A stretch of DNA of 64,000 nucleotides from Fastidiosipila sp. GTDB lineage: Bacteria > Bacillota > Clostridia > Saccharofermentanales > DTU023. The translations under genes and the position numbers were made by a program. Positions 45,302 to 54,805 of the stretch are shown piece after piece (position 1 is the stretch's first letter; each line of letters starts with the position of its first letter). Below the pieces are notes generated by a model. It was not told where the DNA came from and searched no databases. It was given only the letters and a program-made list of their open reading frames with translations. Location: the NCBI GenBank assembly GCA_012511175.1, contig JAAZGO010000026.1, positions 9,073-73,072 on the forward strand, read 5' to 3'.

Positions 45302-47152
45302 TTGCAAGCCATCATGCCAGGACCGCGATCCAGGGGAAAAAACAAATCCGGCGGGGCCTCTGTCCGGCACGCTGCCTTTGTGCCTGCGCTGACTGCCTGC
45401 CTCTTGTGCCTGGCACTTATTCCTGCAGCCAGGGTTCAGGCCGCAACCGATCAAGCAGGTACTTTCGTTGAAAAAGCCGAAGCAGACATCCGGATCAATC
45501 TGGACGGAACCGTCGACATCGTTGAATCCATTACTTTCCATTTTCAACATAAGAAGACTGCACTTCCCTTCGATCTGATTTTCCCACTGGAAGGCGAGCC
45601 TCACCTTGAAATGCTTGAACTGGCCAGGGAAGAGGGCGCGGATCAGGGCAAGTACATCCCCATCCCCCGCCAAGACAAGCTAAGGCCACAGCCCCTGTCC
45701 TATTCAACTGTCAGGAAAAGGGACCGGATCCGGGCGGTAGTCGATTCAACTGGACTGCAAGGCCGCTGCACCTTTCGAATCACCTATCAGTGGAACCGCG
45801 GCGTCATTTTGAAAGAAGGCAGGGCAATCGTCTCAGGGCCGTTGCTTGCCGTCCGCCCTGATACACGTATCGAGACCATGAAATGGACGCTCCATTTCCC
45901 AGAAGGAATCCGGATGGATCTCAGCCAGATCACACCCGTTTCCATCCGGGCCATGACCATGAAAAAAACCTCGGAGCGAACGATTTCCTACATCGACAAT
46001 CAGACCTTTTACAAAATCGACGGAATCGCCCTGATCATCAGTATGCCCGGAAACAGTTTCCCCCTGATTTTTCCCGCTTCCGACAAGACGTCTTTGTCCT
46101 CCCTCTTTGAGAAGGCCGACAGGCAATCCTGGCAGCTGTCCAGGCTTGGCATGCTTCGCCTCTCCCTGATCCGCGTGGTTGTGCCTTTGGCGGCGGCAGG
46201 CCTTTTGATCTATGTGACGCTTTATCTGATACAGATCATGGGACTGGGACTGCCAGGGAGGAATTTCGCCCGCTGGCCTGTATCGGAGGCGCCGGCCTTG
46301 GTGGCCAAGCTGGCCAGGATACATCCCCGTGACTCCCTCCTGCTCCTGGGCACCCTCCTCCAGCTCATCAATCGCAAAGAGGTCCTTTGGCGCGATGAGA
46401 TCTTCAGCTGGAGGAAACCGGGCCGTAATGATTTCTCAGGATTCACGGCCTGGGAAATAGTCCTTTTGCAGTGGCTCTTTGCCGGCCATGAAAGCTACGA
46501 TCATACCTTGGCCCCTGAGCGCCTCCGGCTGGCGGCCCGTGATCCCGATTTCCGTGAACTGGCAACCCGCTTCCGGGCTCAGATTGACAAGGAATTCAAT
46601 CACAGCGGCCTGAAAAACCTGAAATTGACCTCCTCGTTCAGGTTATTCTTTATCGTCTTCGCCGCTTTGTTTTTTGTCCTGTCGGGCCTGCTTTTCCTGA
46701 TCACCCACGCAGCAACCGCCTTTTTGCTCCTTATTCCAGCCCTCTTCTTTGCCTTGGGAGGGATCACTTTTCGTTTTTTGACAGGCAAAGGGGTCAGACG
46801 CTACCTCGAAACACGCCGTTTCATGCGGAAGCTGGCCAGCCCCCAAATGATCATCGATTCATGCGCCGGAAGGCTCAACGAGGCCGAAACGGTGATCAGC
46901 ACCCTCCCGGCCGCCATTGCCCTGAAGAAAAGAAAGGCTTTCTTCAAGGGACTTCGTGCACTCCCCCGTCCCCTGTTCATGCGGGCATCTTACGCCCTCC
47001 TCCATGTTTACCGGCAGCTGCCCGTACCGGGAGAGGACAAGCTGGCCACAATCTCTTCCGATGACGAATTTGAACGGCTGCGACTCAAAATTGAAGAGAT
47101 GGAACGGATCTTGTCTGCCTGGGAGGAGTTTTTTGACTCCTGCTTTATTTAG
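45302..47152 (+). CDS. DUF2207-type membrane protein
   Basis: Signal-like N-terminus, an extracytoplasmic domain (ADIRINLDGTVDIVESITFHF), then several TM helices. The start is uncertain (TTG 45302 or ATG 45314). Confidence 0.6.
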   Translation: MQAIMPGPRSRGKNKSGGASVRHAAFVPALTACLLCLALIPAARVQAATDQAGTFVEKAEADIRINLDGTVDIVESITFHFQHKKTALPFDLIFPLEGEPHLEMLELAREEGADQGKYIPIPRQDKLRPQPLSYSTVRKRDRIRAVVDSTGLQGRCTFRITYQWNRGVILKEGRAIVSGPLLAVRPDTRIETMKWTLHFPEGIRMDLSQITPVSIRAMTMKKTSERTISYIDNQTFYKIDGIALIISMPGNSFPLIFPASDKTSLSSLFEKADRQSWQLSRLGMLRLSLIRVVVPLAAAGLLIYVTLYLIQIMGLGLPGRNFARWPVSEAPALVAKLARIHPRDSLLLLGTLLQLINRKEVLWRDEIFSWRKPGRNDFSGFTAWEIVLLQWLFAGHESYDHTLAPERLRLAARDPDFRELATRFRAQIDKEFNHSGLKNLKLTSSFRLFFIVFAALFFVLSGLLFLITHAATAFLLLIPALFFALGGITFRFLTGKGVRRYLETRRFMRKLASPQMIIDSCAGRLNEAETVISTLPAAIALKKRKAFFKGLRALPRPLFMRASYALLHVYRQLPVPGEDKLATISSDDEFERLRLKIEEMERILSAWEEFFDSCFI

Positions 47153-47648
47153 ACAAGGACGGAAGAAGGGCCGAGGCAACACAGAAACAGGAAATTCCCT
47201 GGCCGCGCCCGAAGGAGGTCAAGTCTTCGCCGGTCGTGGCTGTGATGGCAACCCTGGAAACGGGAAGCTTCACGAGGTCAGCAATTTCCTGGCGCATCCG
47301 GTCGATGACAGCGGAAAGATCGGGTCTTTTGGCTTCAATTGAAAAGGATAGATGGGTCAGGCGGATGTCTCCAAGGAAAGAAAGGGCCTGGCTGACGTAA
47401 GCGCGGCTGTCGACGATTCCTTGGCGGCACATGGCGTCTGCGACTTGGCCCAGTACCTGTTGGCCGCAGAGTCCTGAGATGGCGTTGGTCAGGGCGTGCA
47501 GGACCACGTCGGCATCGCTGTTCCCATCAAGCGGCGGGCAGCCTTCAATCACCAAACCGCCCAGCACCAGCGGTCTGTCTTGGGCCGCTGAATCCCCTTC
47601 GGGCAAAAAACGATGGCTGTCCTGTCCGATTGAGCTGATGGCAATCAT
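47145..47648 (-). CDS. ispF: 2-C-methyl-D-erythritol 2,4-cyclodiphosphate synthase
   Basis: GQDSHRF and GNSDADVVLHALTNAISG. Confidence 0.85.
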   Translation of the reverse strand: MIAISSIGQDSHRFLPEGDSAAQDRPLVLGGLVIEGCPPLDGNSDADVVLHALTNAISGLCGQQVLGQVADAMCRQGIVDSRAYVSQALSFLGDIRLTHLSFSIEAKRPDLSAVIDRMRQEIADLVKLPVSRVAITATTGEDLTSFGRGQGISCFCVASALLPSLSK

Positions 47649-48292
47649 CTTTTATCCCCGCGCTTCATCAATCCTGCTGCTGCCTCCGATGCCCTGAGCA
47701 CATGATACCCCTTGGAACGGGCAAGTGTCTCGACCTTGCCAAAATAGTTTTCAAGTTCGCGCCTGGCAGAGGCTGCCCCCTGCTTGACCCGGATCACCAC
47801 ATAGAGGCTGCCGTCCGGCGAAAGGGCCCTGGCCGACTCCCGGAAGAGACGATAGACCACTTCCTTGCCCGCGCGGATTGGCGGATTGGTCAGGATAAGA
47901 TCGTAGACACCATCCGGAACGCCGTCACACTCCACCAAAGTGACACGCTTGTCAAGCCCCGCCCTGGCAATATTGCCGGCTGCCAGCTGAAGCGCGCGAC
48001 GGTTGACGTCACTGGCAATAACCGTCACCCGGGGGCGAAGCCTGGCAAGGGCAATGGCTGCGACCCCTACGCCCGTTCCAAGGTCGAGGACTCTTGAAGG
48101 CCTGTCCGGAAACACACCCAGAACGGTCTTAACCAATAAATCGGTGCCAGGATCCAGGCGATGGCGTGAAAAAACCCCGCTGTCAGTTTGGAATTGAAAG
48201 GCAAGCTGCTCCCAAGAAGCCCGGACCATGGCATAGTCGTGCCCGGTGTCCGGGTCGGAATCGAAATAATGTGACTGTCTCTGCGGCATCAC
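47645..48292 (-). CDS. class I SAM-dependent methyltransferase (RsmC-like small-domain MTase)
   Basis: VLDLGTGVGVAAIALA and ILTNPPIRAGK. Confidence 0.8.
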   Translation of the reverse strand: MMPQRQSHYFDSDPDTGHDYAMVRASWEQLAFQFQTDSGVFSRHRLDPGTDLLVKTVLGVFPDRPSRVLDLGTGVGVAAIALARLRPRVTVIASDVNRRALQLAAGNIARAGLDKRVTLVECDGVPDGVYDLILTNPPIRAGKEVVYRLFRESARALSPDGSLYVVIRVKQGAASARRELENYFGKVETLARSKGYHVLRASEAAAGLMKRGDKR

Positions 48293-48945
48293 TTGCCTCC
48301 CCGGCTTCGCCTGACTTCCCGTTCTCTTTCCGGCAGATAAACCCTCTGCGCCCAGGGCGTTCGTTTCAGGGCTGACAGGAGGGGCAGTCCGATGCCGAAC
48401 ACGACCAGGGACTGGGAGAGAAAAAGGGCACCGACACTGCCTGCCACCAGGGCCGCTGTGACACGGCCGGGCCTGATCAGGAAGGGCAGATAACCGCCGA
48501 CGACCATGGCATTGAGCAGAACAGGGGGAAGGAGCGGGACAAGCCTGGCGGTCAAATCCTTCCGGGAAAAAACCCTGCTGACTACCGCCTCTCCCCCAAT
48601 TTCATCCGCCAGCCTGCGGCGCCAGGGTCTTGCCAGCCACCAGGTTAAAAGAGCAGCTGCCAAAGTAACCGCACTGCCCCCCAGGATATCGACCAGGCCC
48701 AATGGGGCGGGATTGAGCAGGTTGGAAAGCAGGCAGCCGGCGAACACACCCATGACGGCAGAGGGGAAAAGCGCCGGAAGCGCGGTCAGTGCCTCTGCCA
48801 GCCGCAGCTGAATAAAGGAGAAACTCATAAAAGAAGTGACCAGGGTCAGCGCCAGATAGAGGGCGGCAATCAGGGCACTTTGAGTCAACGCGGCGAGCGC
48901 GGCCGACGGTCGCCGGCGGCCCTGCTTTGACCCGGAGCCATCCAT
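48289..48945 (-). CDS. queT: QueT transporter family protein (queuosine-precursor S component)
   Basis: IAALYLALTLV...IQLRLAEALTALPALFP. ATG 48945 lies just downstream of the ileS stop. Confidence 0.7.
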   Translation of the reverse strand: MDGSGSKQGRRRPSAALAALTQSALIAALYLALTLVTSFMSFSFIQLRLAEALTALPALFPSAVMGVFAGCLLSNLLNPAPLGLVDILGGSAVTLAAALLTWWLARPWRRRLADEIGGEAVVSRVFSRKDLTARLVPLLPPVLLNAMVVGGYLPFLIRPGRVTAALVAGSVGALFLSQSLVVFGIGLPLLSALKRTPWAQRVYLPEREREVRRSRGGK

Positions 48946-48952
48946 GGTCCGG

Positions 48953-51900
48953 TCAGCTTTGCCCTGCCGGGACCCTAACGGCAAAAACCATGGAGTGCCC
49001 GTTGATGTCCCACGCCTGCCCCTTGATACCGCCAGGGAGCTCATCCTCCCCGTCAAAGTAGATCAATTGGTCGGCCAGGACATCGGACATGATGGCGTCG
49101 GCATAGCGGTCGATCAGGGGGGTCTGTTCACTGCGGCCTACATAAAGATGAATGCGGTCAGTCACCTCAAAACCGCTGGAACGGCGCATGGTCTGGATCT
49201 TGCTGACCATCTCGCGGACAAAACCCTCCTCGATCAGGGCCTCTGACAGAACCGTGGACAGGGCGACTTTGATCCCGCCGGCGCTTTCGATGGCGTAGCC
49301 CGCCGCCGGGATCTCCTCAACCAGCAGGTCTTCAAGTGACAGGTCGTAGATTTTGTCTCCCACAGCCAGTTGGATGCTTTCCCCCTCCTCCAGCTGCTCC
49401 ATGGTGGCCCTGCCCGGCAGGCCTTCAATCAGTGAGCGGGCCTGCTGCAGATCACCGCCCATCCGCCTTCCCAGAGTCCGCAATTGCGGCTTGAAGGAAT
49501 AATCGATCAGCTTTCTGTCATCGGTATCAAATCTCAGATCCTTGATGTTGAGTTCATCGCGGACCAGGGCAGAGAGTTCTTCGGACAGCGGCTCCATACC
49601 GACAACCACCATCTCAGCCAGGGGCTGACGGATTTTGAGCTGGGCATTGTTCCTGGCAGCCCGCCCCAGTGAAACGAGCTCCAGCACACGCTCCATCTCG
49701 GCTTCAAGCGCCTTATCGATCCTGTCTTCATCCGCAGCCGGGTAATCACACATATGGACACTTTCCGGGGCATGGGGCGAACGGTCCGCAACCAGGTTCA
49801 GATAAACCGTTTCCGCCATAAAGGGTGTAAAGGGAGCAATTACGTAGGCCATGGTGGAGAGGACATGGTGGAGAACCAGGTAGGCGGTGATTTTGTCTGT
49901 ATCCATGTCCGGCCCCCAGTAGCGCTCCCGCGAACGTCTGACGTACCAGTTGGACAGGTCTTCGACAAAGCTTTCCAGAGCCCGGGCCGCCGTCGTGACG
50001 TCACAGACCTCCAGCCTGTGGTCCACCTCCCTGATCAGGGAATGCAGCCTGCTTTCAATCCAGCGGTCCATGACTGTCTTGAATTCATCCAAGGGAAAGT
50101 CCTGGTAATCAGCCGGATCGAAGCGGTCAATATTGGCGTAGAGAATAAAGAAGGCATACGTATTCCAGAAGGTCCCCATGAAACGCCGCTTGGCTTCGTT
50201 GACCGCGTCTTCAGAAAAACGGGCGGAAAGCCAGGGCTGGCTCCCCGAATAAAACATCCATCGCATGGCGTCGGCCCCTTCGAGGTCCAGGATATGTCCC
50301 GGTTCGACGATGTTGCCCAGATGCTTGGACATCTTGATGCCGTCCTTGTCAAGGACATGGCCCAGAACCAGGCAGGTCCTGTAGGCTTCTTCATCAAAGA
50401 GGGCCGTGCTGATGGCGTGCAGGCTGTAGAACCACCCCCTTGTCTGGTCAATGGCTTCTGAGATAAAGTCAGCAGGCATGCGCTCCAGTGTCAGCTCCTC
50501 GTTCTCAAAGGGGTAGTGGTACTGCGCGTAGGGCATGGCGCCGGAATCATACCAGCCGTCAATCACTTCGGGAACCCGGGACATGGTTTTGGAACAGGCC
50601 GGGCAGGTCAGGTGAACCTGGTCAATCATGGGTTTATGCAGCTCAATGTCTTCCGGGCAGCCGGGCGACATGGCCTTCATCTCTGCAATGGACCCGACCA
50701 TGTGCAGATGCCCGCAGGATTCGCACTGCCAGACGGGCAGCGGGGTCCCCCAGTATCGTTCGCGCGAGATGCACCAGTCAATGACACTCTCCAGAAAATG
50801 GCCGAAACGGCCGGGCCCGATATGGGCCGGGATCCAGTTAATCTTGTCGTTGTTCTCCAGGAGCTGGCCGCGCAGCTTGGTCATCTCGATGAACCAGGCG
50901 GTCCGGGCATAATAAATGAGCGGGGTGTCACAGCGCCAGCAGAAGGGATAGGTATGCTCGGTCATCTCCTCGGACAAGAGGAGGTTGTTGCGGCGCAGGA
51001 GTTCCACCAGGCCGTCATCGGCATCCTTGACGAAGACGCCGGCAAAACCCTCGACTTCTTCGGTCATGGTGCCGTCTTCGGCGACAAGCTGAATCATGGG
51101 CAGATCGTTGGCGCGGCCGATCCGGGCGTCATCCTCGCCGAAAGCCGGCGCGATGTGGACGATGCCGGTTCCGTCCGTCAGGGTGACGTAGGGGTCGCTG
51201 ACCAGGAAGTAGGCCTTTCTCCCCGATTTTTCGACCCCTTCGAGCCCGAAGGTGTAAAGCGGTTCATATTCACGGCCCAGCAGGTCGCTGCCCAGATAGG
51301 TTTCAAGGATCCGGGCGTCCTGGCCGAATACCCTGTGACAGAGCTCCCGGGCAATGATGTAGCGGGGCCTGCCCGGTGAACCGTCCGGCTCCCCGTCGAC
51401 CTCACAGAGCACATAATATTCGTTGGCATTGACGCAGAGGGCCACGTTGGAAGGCAGGGTCCAGGGTGTGGTCGTCCAGACGGCGTAGTAGGTGTCCGGC
51501 TGATCCTTGGCCCGGAAACGCACGTAGACCGAACGCTCCGAAATATCCCGGTAGCCCTGGGCTACCTCATGGCTGGAAAGCGAGGTCCCGCAGCGGGGGC
51601 AGTAGGGAACCACCTTGTGGCCTTGATAAATCAGGCCCTTGTCCCAAATTTGTTTAAGCGACCACCAGACGGATTCGATGTAATCGTTCTCGTAGGTGAT
51701 GTAGGGATGCTCCATATCCGCCCAGAAGCCAATACGTTCGGACATCTCCTCCCATTCGCCCTTGTATTTCCAAACTGATTTTTTGCATTCCCTGATAAAG
51801 GCTTCAACGCCATAGGCCTCGATCTGGTCTTTGCCGTCCAGACCCAGTCTTCTCTCGACTTCCAGCTCAACGGGCAAACCATGGGTATCCCAGCCAGCCT

Positions 51901-52144
51901 TGCGGGGCACATAAAAACCTTTCATGGTCCGGTAGCGCGGTATCAAATCCTTAATGACACGTGTCAGCACATGGCCGGCGTGAGGCATGCCATTGGCAGT
52001 CGGCGGGCCGTCGTAGAAGGAGTAAATCGGCGCACCCTGACGATTTTCCATGGACTTTTTGAAAATATCATGCTCTTTCCAAAAAGCCAGGATCTTTTTT
52101 TCGCGCGGAACAAAATCGAGACTGCTGTCCACTTTTTCGTACAT
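48953..52144 (-). CDS. ileS: isoleucine--tRNA ligase
   Basis: 1063 aa. PPTANGMPHAGHV (HIGH), KMSKHLGN (KMSKS) and CP1 editing-domain blocks. Confidence 0.95.
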   Translation of the reverse strand: MYEKVDSSLDFVPREKKILAFWKEHDIFKKSMENRQGAPIYSFYDGPPTANGMPHAGHVLTRVIKDLIPRYRTMKGFYVPRKAGWDTHGLPVELEVERRLGLDGKDQIEAYGVEAFIRECKKSVWKYKGEWEEMSERIGFWADMEHPYITYENDYIESVWWSLKQIWDKGLIYQGHKVVPYCPRCGTSLSSHEVAQGYRDISERSVYVRFRAKDQPDTYYAVWTTTPWTLPSNVALCVNANEYYVLCEVDGEPDGSPGRPRYIIARELCHRVFGQDARILETYLGSDLLGREYEPLYTFGLEGVEKSGRKAYFLVSDPYVTLTDGTGIVHIAPAFGEDDARIGRANDLPMIQLVAEDGTMTEEVEGFAGVFVKDADDGLVELLRRNNLLLSEEMTEHTYPFCWRCDTPLIYYARTAWFIEMTKLRGQLLENNDKINWIPAHIGPGRFGHFLESVIDWCISRERYWGTPLPVWQCESCGHLHMVGSIAEMKAMSPGCPEDIELHKPMIDQVHLTCPACSKTMSRVPEVIDGWYDSGAMPYAQYHYPFENEELTLERMPADFISEAIDQTRGWFYSLHAISTALFDEEAYRTCLVLGHVLDKDGIKMSKHLGNIVEPGHILDLEGADAMRWMFYSGSQPWLSARFSEDAVNEAKRRFMGTFWNTYAFFILYANIDRFDPADYQDFPLDEFKTVMDRWIESRLHSLIREVDHRLEVCDVTTAARALESFVEDLSNWYVRRSRERYWGPDMDTDKITAYLVLHHVLSTMAYVIAPFTPFMAETVYLNLVADRSPHAPESVHMCDYPAADEDRIDKALEAEMERVLELVSLGRAARNNAQLKIRQPLAEMVVVGMEPLSEELSALVRDELNIKDLRFDTDDRKLIDYSFKPQLRTLGRRMGGDLQQARSLIEGLPGRATMEQLEEGESIQLAVGDKIYDLSLEDLLVEEIPAAGYAIESAGGIKVALSTVLSEALIEEGFVREMVSKIQTMRRSSGFEVTDRIHLYVGRSEQTPLIDRYADAIMSDVLADQLIYFDGEDELPGGIKGQAWDINGHSMVFAVRVPAGQS

Positions 52145-52226
52145 GAATCGTTTTCTCCTTGCCGATCGCCTTTCAGTGCGGACCGCAGGCTGGTCCAGGC
52201 ATAATGGCCCTGCCGATATCCAAATG

Positions 52227-52256
52227 ATTATAGTGTCAGCCGCCTCTTTGTGTCAA
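52227..52256 (-). promoter_or_regulatory. sigma-A-type promoter of ileS
   Basis: On the minus strand: TTGACA (52256-52251), 18-nt spacer, TATAAT (52232-52227). It leaves a leader of about 80 nt. Confidence 0.55.
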
Positions 52257-52483
52257 ACAAAAGGGCTGGGCGCCTCTTTAGGCAAAATGTCCCCCCCCTA
52301 TTGCCCGGTTCGGTCAAGCGCCACAATTGAATCCGCCGGCCGCATGTCCTGGGAAGTCAGCCCCGCAGGCCTGTCAGCTTGATAATGGCTTTCCCAAATG
52401 TGGCGGTGTTAATGGTATGTTCATAATTCAATGCTAGTTTGGAGACGGAGATTTCTCCACAGAGGATTTTTGAGGAGGTATTT

Positions 52484-53848
52484 ATGTTTGAAAAATCGTT
52501 TAAGCTCAAAGAACGCGGCGTGACCGTGAAGGGTGAGCTTGCGGCCGGTTTGACCACGTTTATGACGATGGCCTATATCCTGGCCGTCAACCCCGATATT
52601 TTGAGTGTGACGGGCATGAATGCGGGCGGTGTTCTGATCGCGACGGCGTTATCATCCGCCATCGCCTGCGTCTGCATGGCCTTCATGGCCAACCTGCCCT
52701 TCGCCCTGGCGCCGGGCATGGGGCTTAACGCCTACTTCGCCTTTTCGGTCGTGCTCGGCATGGGGTATTCCTGGCAGTTCGCGCTTTTTGCTGTCTTTGT
52801 CGAGGGACTGATCTTCATTGTCCTGTCACTGACCAATGTCCGCGAGGCCATCTTCAACGCCATCCCGCTCACACTTAAGCACGCAGTCGGAGCAGGCATC
52901 GGGCTCTTCATCGCCTTCATCGGCCTGCAGAACTCGGGCCTGGTCCAGCAGAATCCGGCAACAGCGGTTGAGCTGATTCCATTCAAGGACCTGATGAACG
53001 GTGCCGGACTTCTAGCCCTGCTGACCCTGGTAGGCGTACTCATCATCGGCGTCCTGGCCTACAAGAATGTCAAAGGCGCCCTCCTGATCGGCATGTTTGC
53101 CGTCTGGATCATCGGTATCATTCTCCAGGCCGTGGGACTCTACGTCCCCAACCCCGAGGCCGGGCTCTTCTCGCTCTATCCGCATTGGGGGCTGCCTGAC
53201 TTTGCCGGCTTCGGCCAGATTGCCGGTCAGGCCTTTTCGTCGACCGCCTTTGCCAACTTCAATATCGCTGACTTCCTGGTCATCATGTTCTCCTTCCTCT
53301 TTGTCGATATTTTCGATACCCTGGGGACCCTGATCGGTGTCGCTGACAAGGCGGGCATGCTGGACGAAGAAGGCAAGCTGCCCCAGATCCGGGGCGCCCT
53401 CATGGCTGACGCGGTCGGCACGGTGGTCGGCGCAGTTGCCGGCACCTCGACCGTCACGACCTACGTTGAAAGCGCTGCGGGCGTCGCTGAGGGCGGCCGC
53501 ACGGGATTGACCGCACTGACAACAGGAATTCTCTTCCTGCTCGCCATCATCCTGTCGCCCATCTTCATTTCGATTCCGTCCTTCGCGACCTCAGCCGCTT
53601 TGATTTACGTCGGTTTCCTGATGCTTTCGTCCATCCTGAAGGTTGACTTCTCGGATATTTCCGAAGCCCTGCCCGCTTATGTTGCCCTCTTCGCAATGCC
53701 CTTCTTCTACAGCATTTCGCACGGCATCATGTTCGGCATCATCTTCTACGTTCTGGTCAACATGATCAGCGGGAAATTCAAGAAGATCAGCCCGCTTATG
53801 TACATCCTGGCCATTGCGTTCATCCTGAAATTCGCCCTGCTCGGATAG
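52484..53848 (+). CDS. NCS2 family purine permease (AzgA/PbuG-like)
   Basis: ATG 52484 lies 5 nt after GAGGAGG. MFEKSFKLKERGVTVKGELAAGLTTFMTMAYILAVNP. Confidence 0.9.
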   Translation: MFEKSFKLKERGVTVKGELAAGLTTFMTMAYILAVNPDILSVTGMNAGGVLIATALSSAIACVCMAFMANLPFALAPGMGLNAYFAFSVVLGMGYSWQFALFAVFVEGLIFIVLSLTNVREAIFNAIPLTLKHAVGAGIGLFIAFIGLQNSGLVQQNPATAVELIPFKDLMNGAGLLALLTLVGVLIIGVLAYKNVKGALLIGMFAVWIIGIILQAVGLYVPNPEAGLFSLYPHWGLPDFAGFGQIAGQAFSSTAFANFNIADFLVIMFSFLFVDIFDTLGTLIGVADKAGMLDEEGKLPQIRGALMADAVGTVVGAVAGTSTVTTYVESAAGVAEGGRTGLTALTTGILFLLAIILSPIFISIPSFATSAALIYVGFLMLSSILKVDFSDISEALPAYVALFAMPFFYSISHGIMFGIIFYVLVNMISGKFKKISPLMYILAIAFILKFALLG

Positions 53849-53888
53849 AACGCCGCTGCAAAACACATCAACATATCCTCTGTTTCGA

Positions 53889-53915
53889 AAAGCCCGGGCC
53901 TGCCGCCCGGGCTTT
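53889..53915 (+). terminator. hairpin after the permease gene
   Basis: AAAGCCCGGGC-ctgcc-GCCCGGGCTTT. Confidence 0.6.
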
Positions 53916-53965
53916 CCACATCAATCTCTTGCAGGCCCGGCTCCCTTTCGTGTAGGCTGGTCTCC

Positions 53966-54805
53966 ATGAACCCCATTCTTCTCTTCTTCCTGGTGTTGAT
54001 GGCTGCCGGAGCGGCCTGTCTGTTTTACGGTTTTTTCCTCGAGCCGCGCTGGATCCGGGTCAGGGAAGTCTTCATTCGAGCCGGCCATCAGGAAATCCGG
54101 GGTAAAACCTTCCTTTACTTTTCCGACCTCCACACCGGAACTTCCACGACTAAAAGGAAACTGGACCGGCAGATGCGTGCCATCATGAAAATAAAACCGG
54201 ATGCCATCTTCTTCGGCGGTGATCTGGTCGAGGAGAAGACGCCACTCCCTGACTCCAACTTCCAAAATATGGTGATCCATGCCCTGTCATCCCTTGAGGC
54301 CCCGCTTGGCAAATGGGCCATCTACGGCAACCACGACGTGGAAGCACCCCGCTTTCGCACCTGGGTGACCGGTGTCCTGGAGTCATCAGGTTTCACTCTT
54401 CTGGAAAACGAGGGGATCCGGCTGGCCGGCCTGCCTGTCTGGGGTTTCGCCAACACCCATCACGGAGAACCCTGCCTGGATCTTCAAGCCTTCAGCCAGC
54501 TTCTGGATCAATCAGGAGAGAATCCTTGCCCGCTTTTCCTGGTCCATGAATCCGACTGGTTCCCCCGGGCCATGCCCTGGAAGGGAAAAGGTCTGGTTAT
54601 TGCCGGCCATTCCCACTATGGACAGGTAACGCTTTTCGGCCTCCCGCTCATCCGGCCGGCCGGCGCCAAAAAATACTGGCGCGGCCGCTATCAACTGGGC
54701 CAAAACCTGACCATGCTGGTGAGCGCAGGCCTGGGAACCGTCCACATTCATGCCCGCTTTTTTGCCAGGCCCGATCTTCTACTTTTGCGGTTCGGAAAGG
54801 AATAG
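53966..54805 (+). CDS. membrane-anchored metallophosphoesterase (YkuE-like)
   Basis: TM start, then YFSDLHTG, GGDLV, YGNHD and GHSHYGQ. Confidence 0.8.
   Translation: MNPILLFFLVLMAAGAACLFYGFFLEPRWIRVREVFIRAGHQEIRGKTFLYFSDLHTGTSTTKRKLDRQMRAIMKIKPDAIFFGGDLVEEKTPLPDSNFQNMVIHALSSLEAPLGKWAIYGNHDVEAPRFRTWVTGVLESSGFTLLENEGIRLAGLPVWGFANTHHGEPCLDLQAFSQLLDQSGENPCPLFLVHESDWFPRAMPWKGKGLVIAGHSHYGQVTLFGLPLIRPAGAKKYWRGRYQLGQNLTMLVSAGLGTVHIHARFFARPDLLLLRFGKE

Noticed and set aside
52257-52483. Possible purine riboswitch ahead of the NCS2 purine permease.
   Set aside because: The conserved purine-riboswitch elements (UAUAAU...GAUAUGG...GUUUCUACC...CCGUAAA) are not present. Only a small GGAGA/TCTCC hairpin is visible (52441-52458), which could pair with the RBS. 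An Rfam scan would settle this.
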